Shown here: positions 35,069 through 49,326 of the stretch, piece after piece
How the letters are laid out: each line of letters starts with the position of its first letter
How positions within the stretch are numbered: the stretch's first letter is position 1
Assembly: GCF_037042905.1 (NCBI RefSeq)
Contig: NC_087251.1
Location: forward strand, 41,852,001 to 41,916,000
Direction: 5' to 3'
DNA: 64,000 nt
Source of the DNA: Lytechinus pictus
Lineage: Eukaryota
Made by a program: the position numbers and the translations under genes
Notes under the pieces: generated by a model
Seen by the model: the letters and a program-made list of their open reading frames with translations, nothing else
Told to the model about the DNA's origin: nothing
Databases searched by the model: none

Positions 35069-36076
35069 TTTTTGTCTCACCTGCATAGCAGAGTGAGACT
35101 ATATGCGCCGCTTCTCCGACAGCGGCAGCATCAACACCAAATCTTAATCCAAGGTTAAGTTTTTAAAATGATAGCATAACTTAAAAAGTATATGGACCTA
35201 GTTCATGAAACTTAGCCATAAGATTAATCAAGTATTACTAAACATCCTGCCTGAGTTTCGGGTCACATGACCAAGGTCAAAGGTCATTTAGGGTCAATGA
35301 ACTTAGACCATGTTGGGGAATCAACATCAAAATCTTAACCTAAGGTTAAGTTTTTGAAATGTCATCATAACTTAGAAAATATATGGACCTAGTTCATGAA
35401 ACTTGGATATAAGGTCAATCAAGTATTACTGATCATCCTGCTCGAGTTTCACGTCACATGATCAAGGTCAAAGGTCATTTAAGGTCAATTAACTTTGGCC
35501 AAGTTGGGGGTATTTGTTGAATTACCATCATAACTTTGAAAGTTTATTGGTCTAGTTCATAAAAATTGGACATAAGAGTAATCAAGTATCACTGAACATC
35601 CTGTGCGAATTTCAGGTCACATGACCAAGGTCAAGGTCAATAAACTTTGGCCATGTGGGGGAGTATCTGTTGAATTACTATCATAACTTTAAAAGTTTAT
35701 GGATCTGATTCATGAAACTTGGACAAAGAGTAATCAAGTATCTTTGAACATTTCGTCCGAGTTTCAGATCACATGACCAAAGTCAAAAGTCATTTAAGGT
35801 CATTGAACTTTGGCCATTTTAGAGGTAATTATTAGATTGTTGTCATAACTTTCAAAGTTTATAGATATAGTGTAATGTGGATATAGGGGTAATCAAGTTT
35901 TACTGACAAGTTTTAGGTCACATGATCAAGGTCAAATGTCAATGAACGTAGTATTGTATCATTATATGAATGGTGTTTTTTTTAAATAATTATTTGATAG
36001 TAGTTTTCAAAGTCAGCACTGCTACTATATTGAATCTCGTGATGCAGGTGAGACCGCCAGAGGCATTCCACTTGTT
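35069..36076 (+). mobile_element. HINE/Helentron-like element, family 1 copy C
   Basis: Same termini as copies A and D, with ~5 cores. Confidence 0.85.
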
Positions 36077-36109
36077 TACTTTAGCCACTACTCTTTCCTC
36101 ATATAGAAT

Positions 36110-36985
36110 TGTCATCGAATCTAAATCATTGCGTCCAATTATACGTTGGGCTACTCCCCTCGTTCTGTCTAGCTTTTTTTTATATCTGCCTGCGTTGCAT
36201 TACCAAAATAGCAGATGATGTTGTATGTAGCAACACTTTCAATTAGTGATCTGTAAAAGAGAATTAGTATAGTTTTATCTACATGCATTTTTCTCATCAT
36301 TCTCAGGAAATACATTCTCTGATTGCACTTTTTCCTAAAAAAAGTGACATTTGGTGACCGGTCGAGAAACTAACATACAGTTGTTCCCAGATATTTATAA
36401 GTTTGCACTCTTTCAATTTCTGACCCTTGAATAATAATCTGCTGTCTTGCTTGTGGATTTCTCCGGAAATCTATGACCATTTCCTTTGTCTTTGAGACAT
36501 TCAATTTGAGGTAGTGGCGTTCACACCACTCTACAAACCAATTTACGCAACTGACATACTCATTTTCTTTTCTGATATCTGATATATAGCCCTAAATTAC
36601 CCTATCATCGGCATACTTTGTGATGTGGCAATTTGGCAATACACTCTTACAATTACTTGTGTAGATAGAAAATAACACTGGGGAAAGAACACAGCCTTGG
36701 GGCGCTCCAATACTAATAGATCTGACATGAGAGTTTACGTTTCCCATGTGAACATATTGTTGTCTTTCGTTTAAAAAATCTTGAATCCATAAAATAAGGG
36801 TAGGATGTGCTTTCATCTCTACAAGCTTGTTAGCAAATATATGCGGTACAATTGTATTGAAAGCACTTGAAAAATCAACGAATAAGCATCTAACAGAATT
36901 ACCTGCGTAATCCAAGTGATTATATACATTATGTAGAAATGTCAAAATTGCATCGTCTACTCCTCTACCTTCTCTATAAGCAAAT
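36110..36985 (-). mobile_element. LINE reverse transcriptase remnant (Rex1/Babar-like)
   Basis: FAYR.GRGVDDAI, VRCLFVDFSSAFNTI, GAPQGCVLSPVLF, KYADD, LNVSKTKEMVIDFRR, YKYLG, with stops present. Confidence 0.88.
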
Positions 36986-37334
36986 TCAAATATTCAAATA
37001 TGATTCAGTACAGGCTGGTTTCCTGTAAACACTGATGGATTATAATTGGATCATTGTTTACACAGACCATCGTGTCCCAGAAGTTGAATGACCTCTGAAC
37101 TTCTTCGTCAAGAGTGAAGTTTTGGTCAATGTTGTTGATATAATCGGTGGATTGTTGATATGGTCACAACGATTACTAATGTGTCGTCCACGTATCTCTA
37201 CCAAATCTGACGGGGTGTGTTGCTTCCATGAACCTGTTATAGTTTATAGGTATAAAGAACTTAGTGAATGTAGTTGTTTCTTGAAAATTCCCCGAGATTG
37301 TCAGAAATTCCCAATCTTCCCACAAATTCCTGTT

Positions 37335-38565
37335 TATTCCCATGGAAAGTTTCCACCACAAAAATTCACGGGAATTTTGCAACACTTATACAGGCAAGTT
37401 GCTGGGTCCTCCTTTTGTTACCTCTCTGCCACATTGTTGATGTTACCACGTTCAACTGCTCGGCCTACCTCTCCCATCTGAGCTTATCCCTCCATGCCCC
37501 TGGAACAAGGTTGTAGACTTCATCTTCTGCATACATCTGGCCAAAATCCAAATTGGCATTCCCCATTATCGTAAGGTTGTGAAGGAAATACAAGCAGTGG
37601 CTATAGTCCTCATAATCTTTGGAGTTTGAAGTGTTCTTTCACTCAATCATTGACAGTTCTTGTCAACTCATCTCCTTTTGTGAGAGATGGTAATTGAAGA
37701 TCTGCTGATGTGTGACATTGGCATGCCTGTAAGGTCTTGTCATTGTGGTTCTCATAAGAAAGATGTCATCCTGAAGTATGACAAATGGAAAACATTTAAA
37801 AGTGTCCTGCCGTCGTTCAGGATTGGTGATAGATCTGGGAACCCAATGCTATCGTCTTTAATGCTGTCATCCCATTCGCAGTTGTTATAGATCTGCGCAT
37901 CGGATTGTTGGTCGGATTGGTCCAATCCTCTGATATCGAACCAAATGAACTTGTACTTACTGTTCACCAGTGCCATGAGGACAATGTTAGTGAAACCTTT
38001 ATAATTGTGATAGAGGCTTTTGGAGTGATCTAGTTTCTTGATGGCCATGTGCTTGCCATCTAATGCTCCCAAAGCATGGGGTATATTCCACCTTTGTTTC
38101 GAGCCATCCTACTGGGGTTAGGGGGGCAGGGTAGTACTTCTTCCTTGTATTCAGCTGCAGTGGCCCTGCAGACCTCGGGTACGAAAGGGCATATTGATTC
38201 AGATGATGTCCAGAAGTCAAATGACAATGAAGTGTAGGTATCAGCAGTTGGCATGTACCTTAACCTCATGGCCAGCTTCAGGCATGCAGTGATAGTTCTT
38301 CCGAACTATGTAAACTGCTTCTGCATTCAATGATGTACTCAATGACACGGTCAGTTGAATATTGCTGGGGTAATTCTCAGGTACCTTTTGAACGACTGTA
38401 TGTCTTCAGCTTGGAGTTCTTGCATGTGTCCAAACTGAAGCCTCCTTTCTGTTGTCACCATGACCATGGCTTCACAAACCCTGCTGTAACGTCTTCTTTT
38501 TTCCTTTTGAGAGCCAGGGCTAGTCCTAGTTGAAGTTCAGCAAGATGAACGGGTGTGATTGCCAT
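37335..38565 (-). mobile_element. Decayed PIF/Harbinger (HARBI1-like DDE) transposase
   Basis: LAMRLRYMPTADTYTSLSFDF, GALDGKHMAIKK, SLYHNYKGFTNIVLMALVNSKYKFIW, SDAQIYN, ATACISLHNL, GNFPWE*, with many frameshifts. Confidence 0.85.
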
Positions 38566-39080
38566 GACGCAAATAGGTACATGTACACATAACGCTATCT
38601 GTGTTTTAATGCCAGCACAGAGCATTCTTTTTTACACAACATTTAGCTTTTTTTAAATTGTGCTTTTATTTTCTTTCTCTCTTCATTTGATTCAAATCCA
38701 AGTTGAATACTTAATCAAGGGGTTTTTAGCTGTATACAAAGGGGTTAGGGGAATACAAGAACTTTTTAGTCAGGGTTTCATTGATAGCTCTATCTGTTAT
38801 ATTCAATATAAGAAAGTCCAAACAGAATTTATAGTTTATAATACTGTTACCTGTATCAAGAAACTTTTCTTTGCACAAGAAGCTCTTCTGTCTGCACAAG
38901 AAAGGTATTGTGAAGAGCATAAACAGTCTTGAAATCCAAAACTGTGAAATTTTGGATTGGCAGTGCATTTTAAACATCATTTCACAATCACTTTGAGAGG
39001 ATTTCTTTCATTTTTCAAATTCAATACTGAATAGTAAGAATTAAATTTTGTCTTGAATTAACATTTTCTCTCTGCAGCAG

Positions 39081-39482
39081 GCACAGACTGCTATCCAAGA
39101 GAGCAAAGTCCTTAAATCAAGGGTTTATCTGGAAGTCCTCAGAAGTCACCTAACATGAAGCAAGCAATATGGACAAGGTTAGGAAGAAGTCATTGTCATG
39201 CTGGAGGGATTCCATGACATTTGCTCCAGCAACAATTGCTCTTGTTTTAAATTCTACACACTAAACAAATGATCACCTTCAACCCTGGGTTTAACGCTAT
39301 ACCCTACCCTAAACCTAACATAGGACCCTATTGCAAACCTAACCCTAACCCTACATCTTACATAAAACGAAGTCCGGAGCAACTGTTGCAGGAGCAAATG
39401 TCTTGTCACCACTGGAAGATGGACTCGACAAACTCGGTCAAAGGTCAAGAAAATTATCAGAAATATGCTGTGAGATCCAGTG
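39081..39482 (+). pseudogene. Pseudo-exon (helical-protein-like) split by a MITE
   Basis: CAGCAG acceptor and TG|GTAAGT donor. After removing 39206-39416 it reads AQTAIQESKVLKSRVYLEVLRSHLT*SKQYGQG*EEVIVMLEDGLDKLGQRSRKLSEICCEIQ. Confidence 0.45.
39206..39411. mobile_element. MITE with telomere-like (TAACCC) internal repeats
   Basis: TIR GACATTTGCTCCAGCAACAATTGCTC / GAGCAACTGTTGCAGGAGCAAATGTC. CTGGA is duplicated at 39201-39205 and 39412-39416. Confidence 0.75.
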
Positions 39483-40595
39483 GTAAGTTGTGCAATATTT
39501 ATTATTTTTATCTCTATAGGGCATTGTAGCAGTGCATTTAAAAATACTTATTTTTTATAAATGTTTTTTTGGTGCAATATCAGGGCATATTTAACAATGG
39601 CCAAAATCTGATCAATTCCCCATAGAGGCAACCTGCTGTGCAATGTCGGGCCTCAGGTCACTTTGATAAAAGTATTCAATTTGTATCAAACATTGTAGGA
39701 AAGCGACGTTTCGTACAACGTTTGATACATCGTGAGACAACTGGTTATTTCTTCTACTCAATCCTTCACCACGATGAACCTCTTCCACATCATCTCTCAG
39801 AAGTATTCAATTTCTTTGTGTGAGATGATTTAATATTTGATATCAATAATTATATTCTGTCATGAAAGTTCACCTGAAACTTCTACTGACGATAGTAAAA
39901 GAATAGCATGTTTTCAAGTCATGGTCAAATGTTATATTAGGTCAATGAACTTTGGATTTTATTATCAAATAAAATAATTTCATTTTGAAAAATTGTTCAT
40001 TTTGATTACTTTTCATGAAGCTTCTACATGTATAAAGTGTCTCATTTTCAAACATAATTCTGAACCTAATCTTATCCTCATATTATTATAAACTTACAAG
40101 CTTTGCTTTTTGATAAGTCCCTCATTTTCATTTTCACATGCTAACTGTAATCTATAATTTGTCTAATTATCAAAATGTGTTTGGAACAAAAAGACTTATA
40201 TATACTTTGACTATTTCCTACGAATTTGTTAATTAATTATTGAAGTAATCTTATGACACTTATTCTGTTATGTACATTCATACATATGTATATATGTTTG
40301 TTATGTTTATTATAAATCAGAAAATGGAAGTGAAATAAACTAAACTGAAACTCAACTGAAATAAACCAAATCCAGTCACTGCCTTCAATCTTATGTCTTC
40401 CATGAAAGTTAGATGGGAGTGGTCTGTCACCGTAGTAACTGTTTGGTCAGCCATTGATAGGAGCTATGCATTGTATCGGGATTCAGTACAGTGAAGTTTG
40501 CTTTTGCAATCACCTTTTTTTTAATATAAACTTGATTACTTTTTCATCTTACAAGGACTGGAATAATTAAGTTGTTACTTTTCTTTGGTTCACAG

Positions 40596-40653
40596 CTTTA
40601 CCTCATGGCTGAGAGGAGGCTTACACAGCTGATGGATGACAGTGCTATGTAAA
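40596..40653 (+). other. Small exon-like segment
   Basis: Pyrimidine tract + CACAG acceptor and AAA|GTGAGT donor. The frame is uncertain and stops are present. Confidence 0.3.
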
Positions 40654-41988
40654 GTGAGTATAGGGAAATAAAGATAGTTGCAGTTCATTGAAAAAAAATC
40701 TTGATTATGGAATGCCAATAATGCAATATTGAGTGATTTCAAGTTTAGTGTTGTTTGCAAGCACGATTGCGATCACCTTCCATAACACCTAATGGGACTT
40801 CATAACAAGAATGATCCAAATCACTTTGTTAGCTCAACATAAAGTGAGATTGGTTCTTGAACCAGCTTCACTTAAACATAAATGCCCAGTTCTAGTGACA
40901 ACATGTAAATGAGTCAAAAAAGAATCCAATAAAATGACCACCCAAGTGTTTGTATGTATTTGACAGTGAACAAATATGTACCAGATGATTCTAGTAGAAA
41001 ATGTGTAATTGGTGAGAAATGGACAGAATAAACAAGGCATTCCAGGCAGGCATTGGGTCCATTTTTTTCCAAGCAATGATGATGCACTGTACCACATGTG
41101 CTTATCTGTGTTTATGATCTTGAGTGTAATCATTTTCAGCCAATATTTCATGATTTTACAGATTTAGATTGATGTACCGATAAATGAACCATGACTAGGT
41201 AGTGTGATTTCAGTTATGACACAGTGTACTTCTTCATCAAAGAGGCTCTTTTCAGAAGAAAACATTTTGGAGAAATTATTTTTCAATGCTGGAAATATAT
41301 GTGTGTAAACATCATGCCTTATGCTGCAATATGCACATATGAAAACTAGATACAATGTAATCGAGTTAATTAGCAAGATGTTTTTGATGATGTCAATGAA
41401 TTGATGCAAATCCCCAAATTAAATTTTGTTTCAGTGTAGTCTAGCGGTAGTACATTTGTCCGAAATGCAAAATTGTATTAAATCCTATGTAGATGTGTCA
41501 CAGTACAATTTTTATACAGGATATATTGTTAGAACTTCGAATAATGTTTTGTTCTTTCTCCTTATACTTGCAGTCATGTCACTCGGTGTACAACATGGAT
41601 GCACCCCCTATCTGGGAAAGTCTACCAGAGCTAAAGATGTGACACCAATCTTGACATCTTCTTCTGCACTGAATGTCTGGTGCGATCATTTGTTGGTACA
41701 TACATGGACATGATGTGTAATCCACCTGTAAAGAAAGACCAAATGTTATATCCTTTGAAACATACAACAAAGGAACCTGTTTTGTAAATACCTCTTTTTC
41801 TTATCTCTGAGAGAGACGACTACCAGGGACTGGTACTTTGACACCAGACATTATACACGCTCTGTTTTTGGTGCTCCACTTATGTACTTAATATGGAAAT
41901 TTCCACCATGTAAATCAAATTGAACGAACCAAATGCTGATTTAAAAGACTATCTGCATTCGCTACTTATGAACCAGGATGGGAAATGG

Positions 41989-42501
41989 TTTTTGTCTCAC
42001 CTGCATAGCAGAGTGAGACTATAGGCACCCGCCGCTTTTCCGACGGCGGCGGCGTCGGCGTCAACACCAAATCTTAACCTAAGGTTAAGTTTTTGAAATG
42101 TCATCATAACTTAGAAAATATATGGACCTAGTTCATGAAACTTGGACATAAGGTTTATCAAGTATTACTGAACATCCTGCTTGAGTTTCATGTCACATGA
42201 CTAAGGTCAAAGGTCATTTAGGGTCAATGAACTTTGGCCATTTTAGAGGTAATTATTAGATTGCTGTCATAACTTTCAAAGTTTATAGATATAGTGTATA
42301 AAGTGTGGATATAGGGGTAATCAAGTTTCACTGACAAGTTTTAGATCACATGATCAAGGTCAAATGTCAATGAACTTAGTATTGTATCATATGAATGGTG
42401 TTTTTTGTGAATAATTATTTGATAGTAGTTTTCAAAGTCAGCACTGCTGCTATATTGAATTGCGTGATGCAGGTGAGACCGCCAGAGGCATTCCACTTGT
42501 T
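41989..42501 (+). mobile_element. HINE/Helentron-like element, family 1 copy D (~2 cores)
   Basis: Same termini as A and C. Confidence 0.85.
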
Positions 42502-43127
42502 ATTTTTTAGGGGCTATTTTTGTCCACAATGGGGGTGATTGCTGACTTTTTGGGGCTATTTCTTTCATATTAAGAGCTACATTTTTTGCAACAAGCACTT
42601 ACGCTGCAAAAGCATTTCTCATCATTCTGCTGTATGTAGAAAATTTATTTTTAGACAATATTAGCGCCCCAAAGTGTTCAATTTTGTGAATTTTCCAACA
42701 CTGTCATGAACCCATTTTAGGTATTTTATGATGACTTTTGTGTATCTCAAAGAAGCAGGTCCAAGCTATTATCTCTGAACAGTGATTTTCAGTTTAAATT
42801 TTAAAAAAAGACCTTTTCTCTTTCTTAAAACCTTTTATTCTGTTTCAAACTTGATTGAGAATGAAATTCTGTTTTTGAGAAAACGTACACATAAAAAGCA
42901 CGAATTCCATTTTGCAGTGAGTTTTCTCCCTAAAAGTATAGAACCAAAACAGATTTTTCGTTTTGATTTACTGGTAAACAGAAAATCACTGTCCCTAATT
43001 ATTTGCTGACTTTCCAAATTATCTGAATTATCTGTTGTTTGATTAATGGATGCATAGAATGTAGAACATGATTACTAGGAGAAAATATGTGCACAAGGTT
43101 ACAAATGATTTCCAAGTATCATGAGGT

Positions 43128-45781
43128 TTATAATAAATATGGTGTGGTAATTAGGGCTTGTAGGTTTTTGTGGAGTTAACTCGGTTTACATGAAGTTAGT
43201 AATTGTGTTTATTTTGTGTTTACTATTCCGCAAAAGTGGACCCAAAGGTTTTCCAGAGTTTTCCTCGAATGAATTTTATCTCTGGTTTTTTACCCTGGAT
43301 CTACTTGTCGTAGAATAATTGTTTAAAGGGGAACGTAAAGGCTTGTTTACTTTATGCACACAATAATAATACTGTACTGGATTAATGAAATCAAAAATTG
43401 GAAAGCGCGAATTTAACCCATCCCAGGGTCATCATTTATTTGAGTTGCCGAAGTTCTCTTCAATCTTTCGCCCTAGACTCTTAACTTGCTTCTGGATGGC
43501 TCTGCGCCAATTATGTGATACCCCTTAACCCTATTAGGACTGGGAGGGGGCCATGATGGCCCCCCTCGACGCGTTGCACAATATTTCCGAAACGCAAAAG
43601 GTAGCTCCGCAAAATTTTATGACTTTTTTCTTTCAAGTCTCGCAAAACTTTTGAGACCAAATTTGCGACCTACGGGTATAGCATCGGGACGCTACGTGAC
43701 TTTTTACGAGACAATGTCATGCCGAAAATGGATCATTTTTATACTTTCTGTACAAAGTCTGTGGGAGATGAAATTCATAAAAGTGTGATTATTTTTCATT
43801 CTAATTGGTCTGCCTAATTAATATAGAGTTTAACTTAGTTGTTAAGTGGTCTGTAATAATTTCCATTGAAAAAAAAAAAGAAAAACAAAAGATGAAAAAA
43901 CAAAGAAATACATAAATTCTAAAAACAAAGAAATACATGAGGAAAAAATTGGCTTTCGCAATTTTTCTTTGTGGAAACCTTTAAATTAGTTTACAAATAT
44001 GACATCTGGAAAAAAAAAGAAAATTTGAAGTGAAATTTGGTGTTAAATATGCAAATAATGGTTTACACGAATAAATTTGCATATATTATTCATAATGAAT
44101 AAAAAATTATTTTCAGAATTCTTTTTTTTATACTGGCTTGTAGTTTATGCGGTAAAGAATGCGCAAACGGCGGCCGAGATCAGAAGGGGGGGCCATCAAG
44201 CCTATCATGCCCCCCCCCCAGTCCTCATTATGTCTCAAATAGCCCAGTCCTTTTCTCTGATTTTATTTGTAATTGCTTTTTCATGTGACCAGCCACCCAC
44301 AAAGCAACAATAAGTTGCCAGGGAAGCTTCTCTGTAAATAGCCAAAATAGCAAATTTGATCCTCAAAATGAAAAAAGAAATACGGTATCTTCTTCTTCAT
44401 ACTGTCAGAATTTTAGATTAGAAAAGTTAAATAGAAAAAAAAATAGATACAAGAGTTTCTTTGACATGAGTTTTTTGCAGGCTGCTTGAAAGTTCACTTG
44501 CGTCCACCTTGAACACAAAGATCCCCCCCCCCCCATTTGAATTTGTGCGTAATGCAGCACAATAGCTTGATATACACTTATTTTCCATGAATATCATTAC
44601 TATGTTCTGTCCAGTTTCATAATTTATTATGATACAAAAAGAGTTTATGATAATTTTTTTTATTTCATATTCTAAATAAGAGATTAAGGCTATTTCAAAT
44701 GCAGGAATAGCAGTTTGTTCTAAGCTAATTCAGTCTATTTTTTTATATTAATTTCACAAAATATTTTTTGTATCATCTGCATAGATAATGAAATGTGATA
44801 TTTCAAAGGATTCAACTTTGTCATTAACACAACAAACACCCAAGTACACTTCATTGCAGGATAACTCATGTTTCGGAGAGAATGTTTTTGGACAAAGTAT
44901 CAGATCAATAGTTATTGAAAGAAGTTAACTAAATTGGTCCTGAGATGAAAAAGGTCACAAGTCAAAAGTCGCAGAGGTCATTTTGTACCCCCACAATATC
45001 CTTTTTTCATGAAAAAATAAATAACTGTGTGAAGATTCAACTTCAAACTTACCTCTTGCGTATGGGTATGACAAAGCTCATGAATCCATCTATTTTATAT
45101 CAATTTTTGTTTCATTAGTCCCAGTAATATATAGTGCTATACTGCTAGTGATATGTTTTTCTTTTTGTTTCATAATATCCAGAGTATATAGTCATGGTGT
45201 TAGATTTATGAAAAGTTTTATAATTAATATGGTGTGGTAATTAGGGCTTGTAGGTTTTTGTGGAGTTAACTCGGTTTACATGAAGTTAGTAATTGTGTTT
45301 ATTTTGTGTTTACTATTCTGCAAAAGTGGACCTAAAGGTTTTCCAGAGTTTTCCTCGAAATAATTTTATCTCTGGTTTTTTACCCTGGATCTACTTGTCG
45401 TAGAATAATTGTTTAAAGGGGAACGTAAAGGCTTGTTTACTTTATGCACACAGTAATAATACTGTACTGGATTAATGAAATCAAAAATTGGAAAGCGCGA
45501 ATTCAACCCATCCCAGGGTCATCATTTATTTTGAGTTGCAGAAGTTCTCTTCAATATCCTTTTTTCATGAAAAAATAAATAACTGTGTGAAGATTCAACT
45601 TCAAACTTACCTCTTGCGTATGGGTGTGACAAAGCTCATGAATCCATCTATTTTATATCAATTTTTTTTTCATTAGTCCCAGTAATATATAGTGCTAGAC
45701 TGCTAGTGATATGTTTTTCTTTTTGTTTCATAATATCCAGAGTATATAGTCATGGTGTTAGATTTTTGAAAAGTTTTATAA
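43128..45781 (+). repeat. Complex local duplication A-X-B-A'-B'
   Basis: A 43128-43464 matches 45218-45555, and B 44994-45222 matches 45552-45781. Confidence 0.88.
43529..44250. mobile_element. piggyBac-type MITE, right end truncated
   Basis: TTAA|CCCTATTAGGACTGGG, with CCCAGTCC repeats at the right. The interior resembles 47597-48296 in the opposite orientation. Confidence 0.65.
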
Positions 45782-47596
45782 ATCTAGCAAAATGATTCTT
45801 CGAAATTGTTTCACGAATAGACTGAAAGTCCTGCCTAATTGTTAATGTGCATATGATATTTCATGTGCAGTCTCATTGATTCATACACAGTAGAGTGCAT
45901 CTACTGAGGGTGATCCAATCAATATGGTCATCTGTTTCTTTCCACATGCAAGTGGAAATTAAGAGCAATTTTTTTGTCACACTCAAATCTTTGTGAAACA
46001 CTCCTTTGATTTGTCTCTTATGTCACATATAATGCCAGATAGCTTGGACCTGCACAATAATGTTTGCTTGTCTGTACTATATACTTGTTTTGTATTCATG
46101 ATTTTATACTTATTTTTTTATGAAATTATGTAAGACCAGCAGCCTGGAAGATTTATTCAAGTTGCAGGACCATAGCAGTTGATCTCGATTGATGGTGGTA
46201 GGCCCTAAACCTTACAAACATGGCTTCCCGTCTGGTTTGAGCTGGGATCTTCCTGCCAGAATCACACAATTAGTGACGTCACTACCGAGAGATTTATTTT
46301 TCAGTATGCAGAGAAGGGCACTGGACACTGTTGTGCATGGTATACAACTTACCACAATGTAAGTGCGTTGATAATGATTTCAATGATTTTTTTTGTATGT
46401 AGAGTATGCAAGACAATGCAATCGGTTTTCCAGTAATTATGTCCTGAGGGCAATAACATTTGTGAAAATATTGGGTAGCAATTTTCCCCATATCAGGATT
46501 TTCTCTCTTTTCTTTTAATGATTGTAATCCCTTCTCTTGACCTTTACTGTTATTTTTTTCCATTCCTGTATCCTTTTGTTGGGTATGTGTCAATCCATTG
46601 ATTACAGTCTTTCTTTATATACCTCCCAGTGCTATCTGTTCTAGCTGTTCTAACTATATCTTTGTTTCACATTGTTGCAACATGATATTTGCCATGACTG
46701 AGTTAATAATTTGATAAAAAGATAAAGAATTTTTATAAGAAATGTTATATATGTATTCATATATACAGACTTTGATCATGTTATTTTTTAAAGCAGAGCA
46801 ATGATAGAGCAATGTAAAATATGTTGCAAAATATTTATTCTCCTTTTCTGTATGTGTTATTTTTGGGGTCAGACTAAATTTGAATTACTATTTTCAAACT
46901 TTATCGCGGTCATTTCACCATTTACCTTCATGAACCTCATGTTTGTGCTAAAGCCGATGGCACCACCAGAAACATAAGGGTTGTGCGAGTGCCGAGTGTG
47001 TATCCATCATGTAATCACAGAATGAGAAGAGGTAATGTGGACTGCACGAATGTTAAGATATGTGATGATAAGGTAGATTCTCAATATAGGTTTGTTTGTC
47101 CAAATCTTCAACTTCGGATATGAATTTTTCACCCATTTTTACGAGGATAATGCACCTGAATGGTTTTTCCACGGTGTGTAAAAAAAAATCTCCTTCAATC
47201 AAAGCAATATATGTAAGTCTGGAATCTTGTTTTAGAAGTGCAATGTCAAATTTTGATTTCTAGAGCCTTGCCAGTATAGTGTTTCAAGTTGACCCATATT
47301 GATATTTGAAATATTGATGGAGCGGTTTAGCCAATATGGCTTTGGAGCTCGGTGACATTTGTCAAGATCGATCAAAAACTGGTTTGCACTCCAAATTGAC
47401 GCAGGTAACCATTTATTTTGCACAAAGAGAAGACGGAGGAACTGGCAACGTATGTTTGAAGAGAGGGATACTGACTTCCAGAAATTTGTTTAAGTTGCAT
47501 GTGACATCTTTATATTTGGTGTTTGGAATCTGGTAATGTTGCTATAATCTTCAATCACTCTCTGACCACAAGGAATGGTGCTCCTTTCAGCTTTAA

Positions 47597-48296
47597 CCCT
47601 ATCTAGGCCGGGGTATTTTGAGAGTTCATATGGCCAGGGGGGGGGGCCTCCCAGGCCCCCCCTTTAGATCTCGGCCGTCGACCGCCGAAAATTGGCATGC
47701 GGGTTGCCTGGGACATAATCTACACAATTGTATAGTAATTTTTTTCATGCGAATTGCTATTAAGTAATTATGCTAATTTATGCGCAATTAGTATGCGAAA
47801 TCATACTATTATCTCTTACTCCCTAAAAAAAGCTCCAAATGTTCTAATTTTTGGTATAGAAACTCTTTGTGGTATTCTTAGCAAGTGTACTTGAACAAAA
47901 TTGCGATATCAAATCATTTTCTTATGTATTATATTGTTTTTTGCAATTTCTTATGTATTTCTTTGTTTTTTTAACCTTTTGTTTTTCATTGTTTTTTCTA
48001 TGAAATTTGTTGGGGACTCTTCTGAGATCATAAAAAGCATAAAATAAATACATTTAGACCAGCAAAACTAAAAATAATCATACATTTATGATTTTTGGTT
48101 GAAAACACAATTTGCATTGACTTTGTACACAAAATCACGTTTTTGAGCAATTTTTTGTCTGACATGCACTTACATAATGTTGAGTAAAAAGTCAGCAAGC
48201 GGCATGGTCAAAAAATTTCGCGCGGCAAAAATATTGCGCGAATCGTTGAGGGGGAGCCTCCGAGGCCCCCCCCCCCCCCCCCCGGCCTAGATAGGG
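47597..48296. mobile_element. piggyBac-type MITE
   Basis: TTAA|CCCTATCTAGGCCGGGG...CCCCGGCCTAGATAGGG|TTAT. Confidence 0.82.
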
Positions 48297-48858
48297 TTAT
48301 GCATGATATCCAGACCTCTTCAAAACCTCATACAAGTCGCATACTTCTTGGATTCACAAATGCCGATATCTTGTGAGAGTGTTGGCCTCTTTGTGGTGGC
48401 ATTAGAGGAATTCTCAGTGGATCTAGTTCCAGGTGGTCATTTGTGTCTTTTCCAGCCATTTGTTGATATTTTCCTGTGTTTATGAGATTTTCCCAGATTT
48501 ATTTGCATCTGATGAAATGAAAGGCAATGTGAAGTCTTGGTATTATAGAGTCAGAGTCAATAAAGACTATTTTTTCTCCTCATGCATGCTGATCTTGTCA
48601 CCAAAAGGGAAGCTTCATACATATGATACATTTTCTGGCTAAGTCTGTAACTCTATTATTAAACCACAATGCACTAGTTTGAATTCTGATAAGGCAGATT
48701 CTTAAATTGTTTGTCAACATTCATTTTCTGAGGAAACGTTCTTTATCTGGAAAGAATTTTGAATAGATTTCCTGTGTAAAGGAAACTTCATCACATTCAG
48801 AAATGTACAGAAATGTAATCCCTTAAAGTGAGGGGAAGTTACAGTGTACTGTGTTTAA

Positions 48859-49326
48859 CCCTATATAGCCAGGGCTATTTTGAAATTGCATAGCCAGGAG
48901 GGTAAGGCTTTTTAGACACCCCCCCCCCCCCCCAGATCATGGTCGTTGATTAGGGCCGGTATTCAATTTGATACTTAGGCCAGAATTTTAGGTACTAGTA
49001 TTTTACTCAGTATTTTGCCTTTAAAAAACGCACAAAAACACATCCATCTTTGGTATTCAATTGTATTTGGCTTAAATATAGGTCAGCCACACACCAAAGT
49101 CTGGCTAGCATATACCGTAGTTTACAAACGTGATATGCGCAGTCATACATTCTGCGCTCAGATGATAACATACATTGCGCGTTATTTGGCTCAAACTTTA
49201 TCATGTCAAAATGGTTGTTACTTGTTAGTATTTTGCTTAAATATGGCTGAATGAAGTAAAATACTTGGATGTGATCCAAATATGAGGTCTTTTTTTAAAA
49301 GCCCCCCCCCCCCCTGGGCTATAGGG
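48859..49326. mobile_element. piggyBac-type MITE, probably with a nested insert
   Basis: TTAA|CCCTATATAGCCAGGG...CCCTGGGCTATAGGG|TTAA. Confidence 0.75.

Noticed and set aside
39280..39352. Interstitial telomere
   Set aside because: Short and degenerate, and enclosed by MITE TIRs.
46980..48800. Protein-coding ORFs around the piggyBac MITE
   Set aside because: Only faint LINE-like traces with many stops, too decayed to call.
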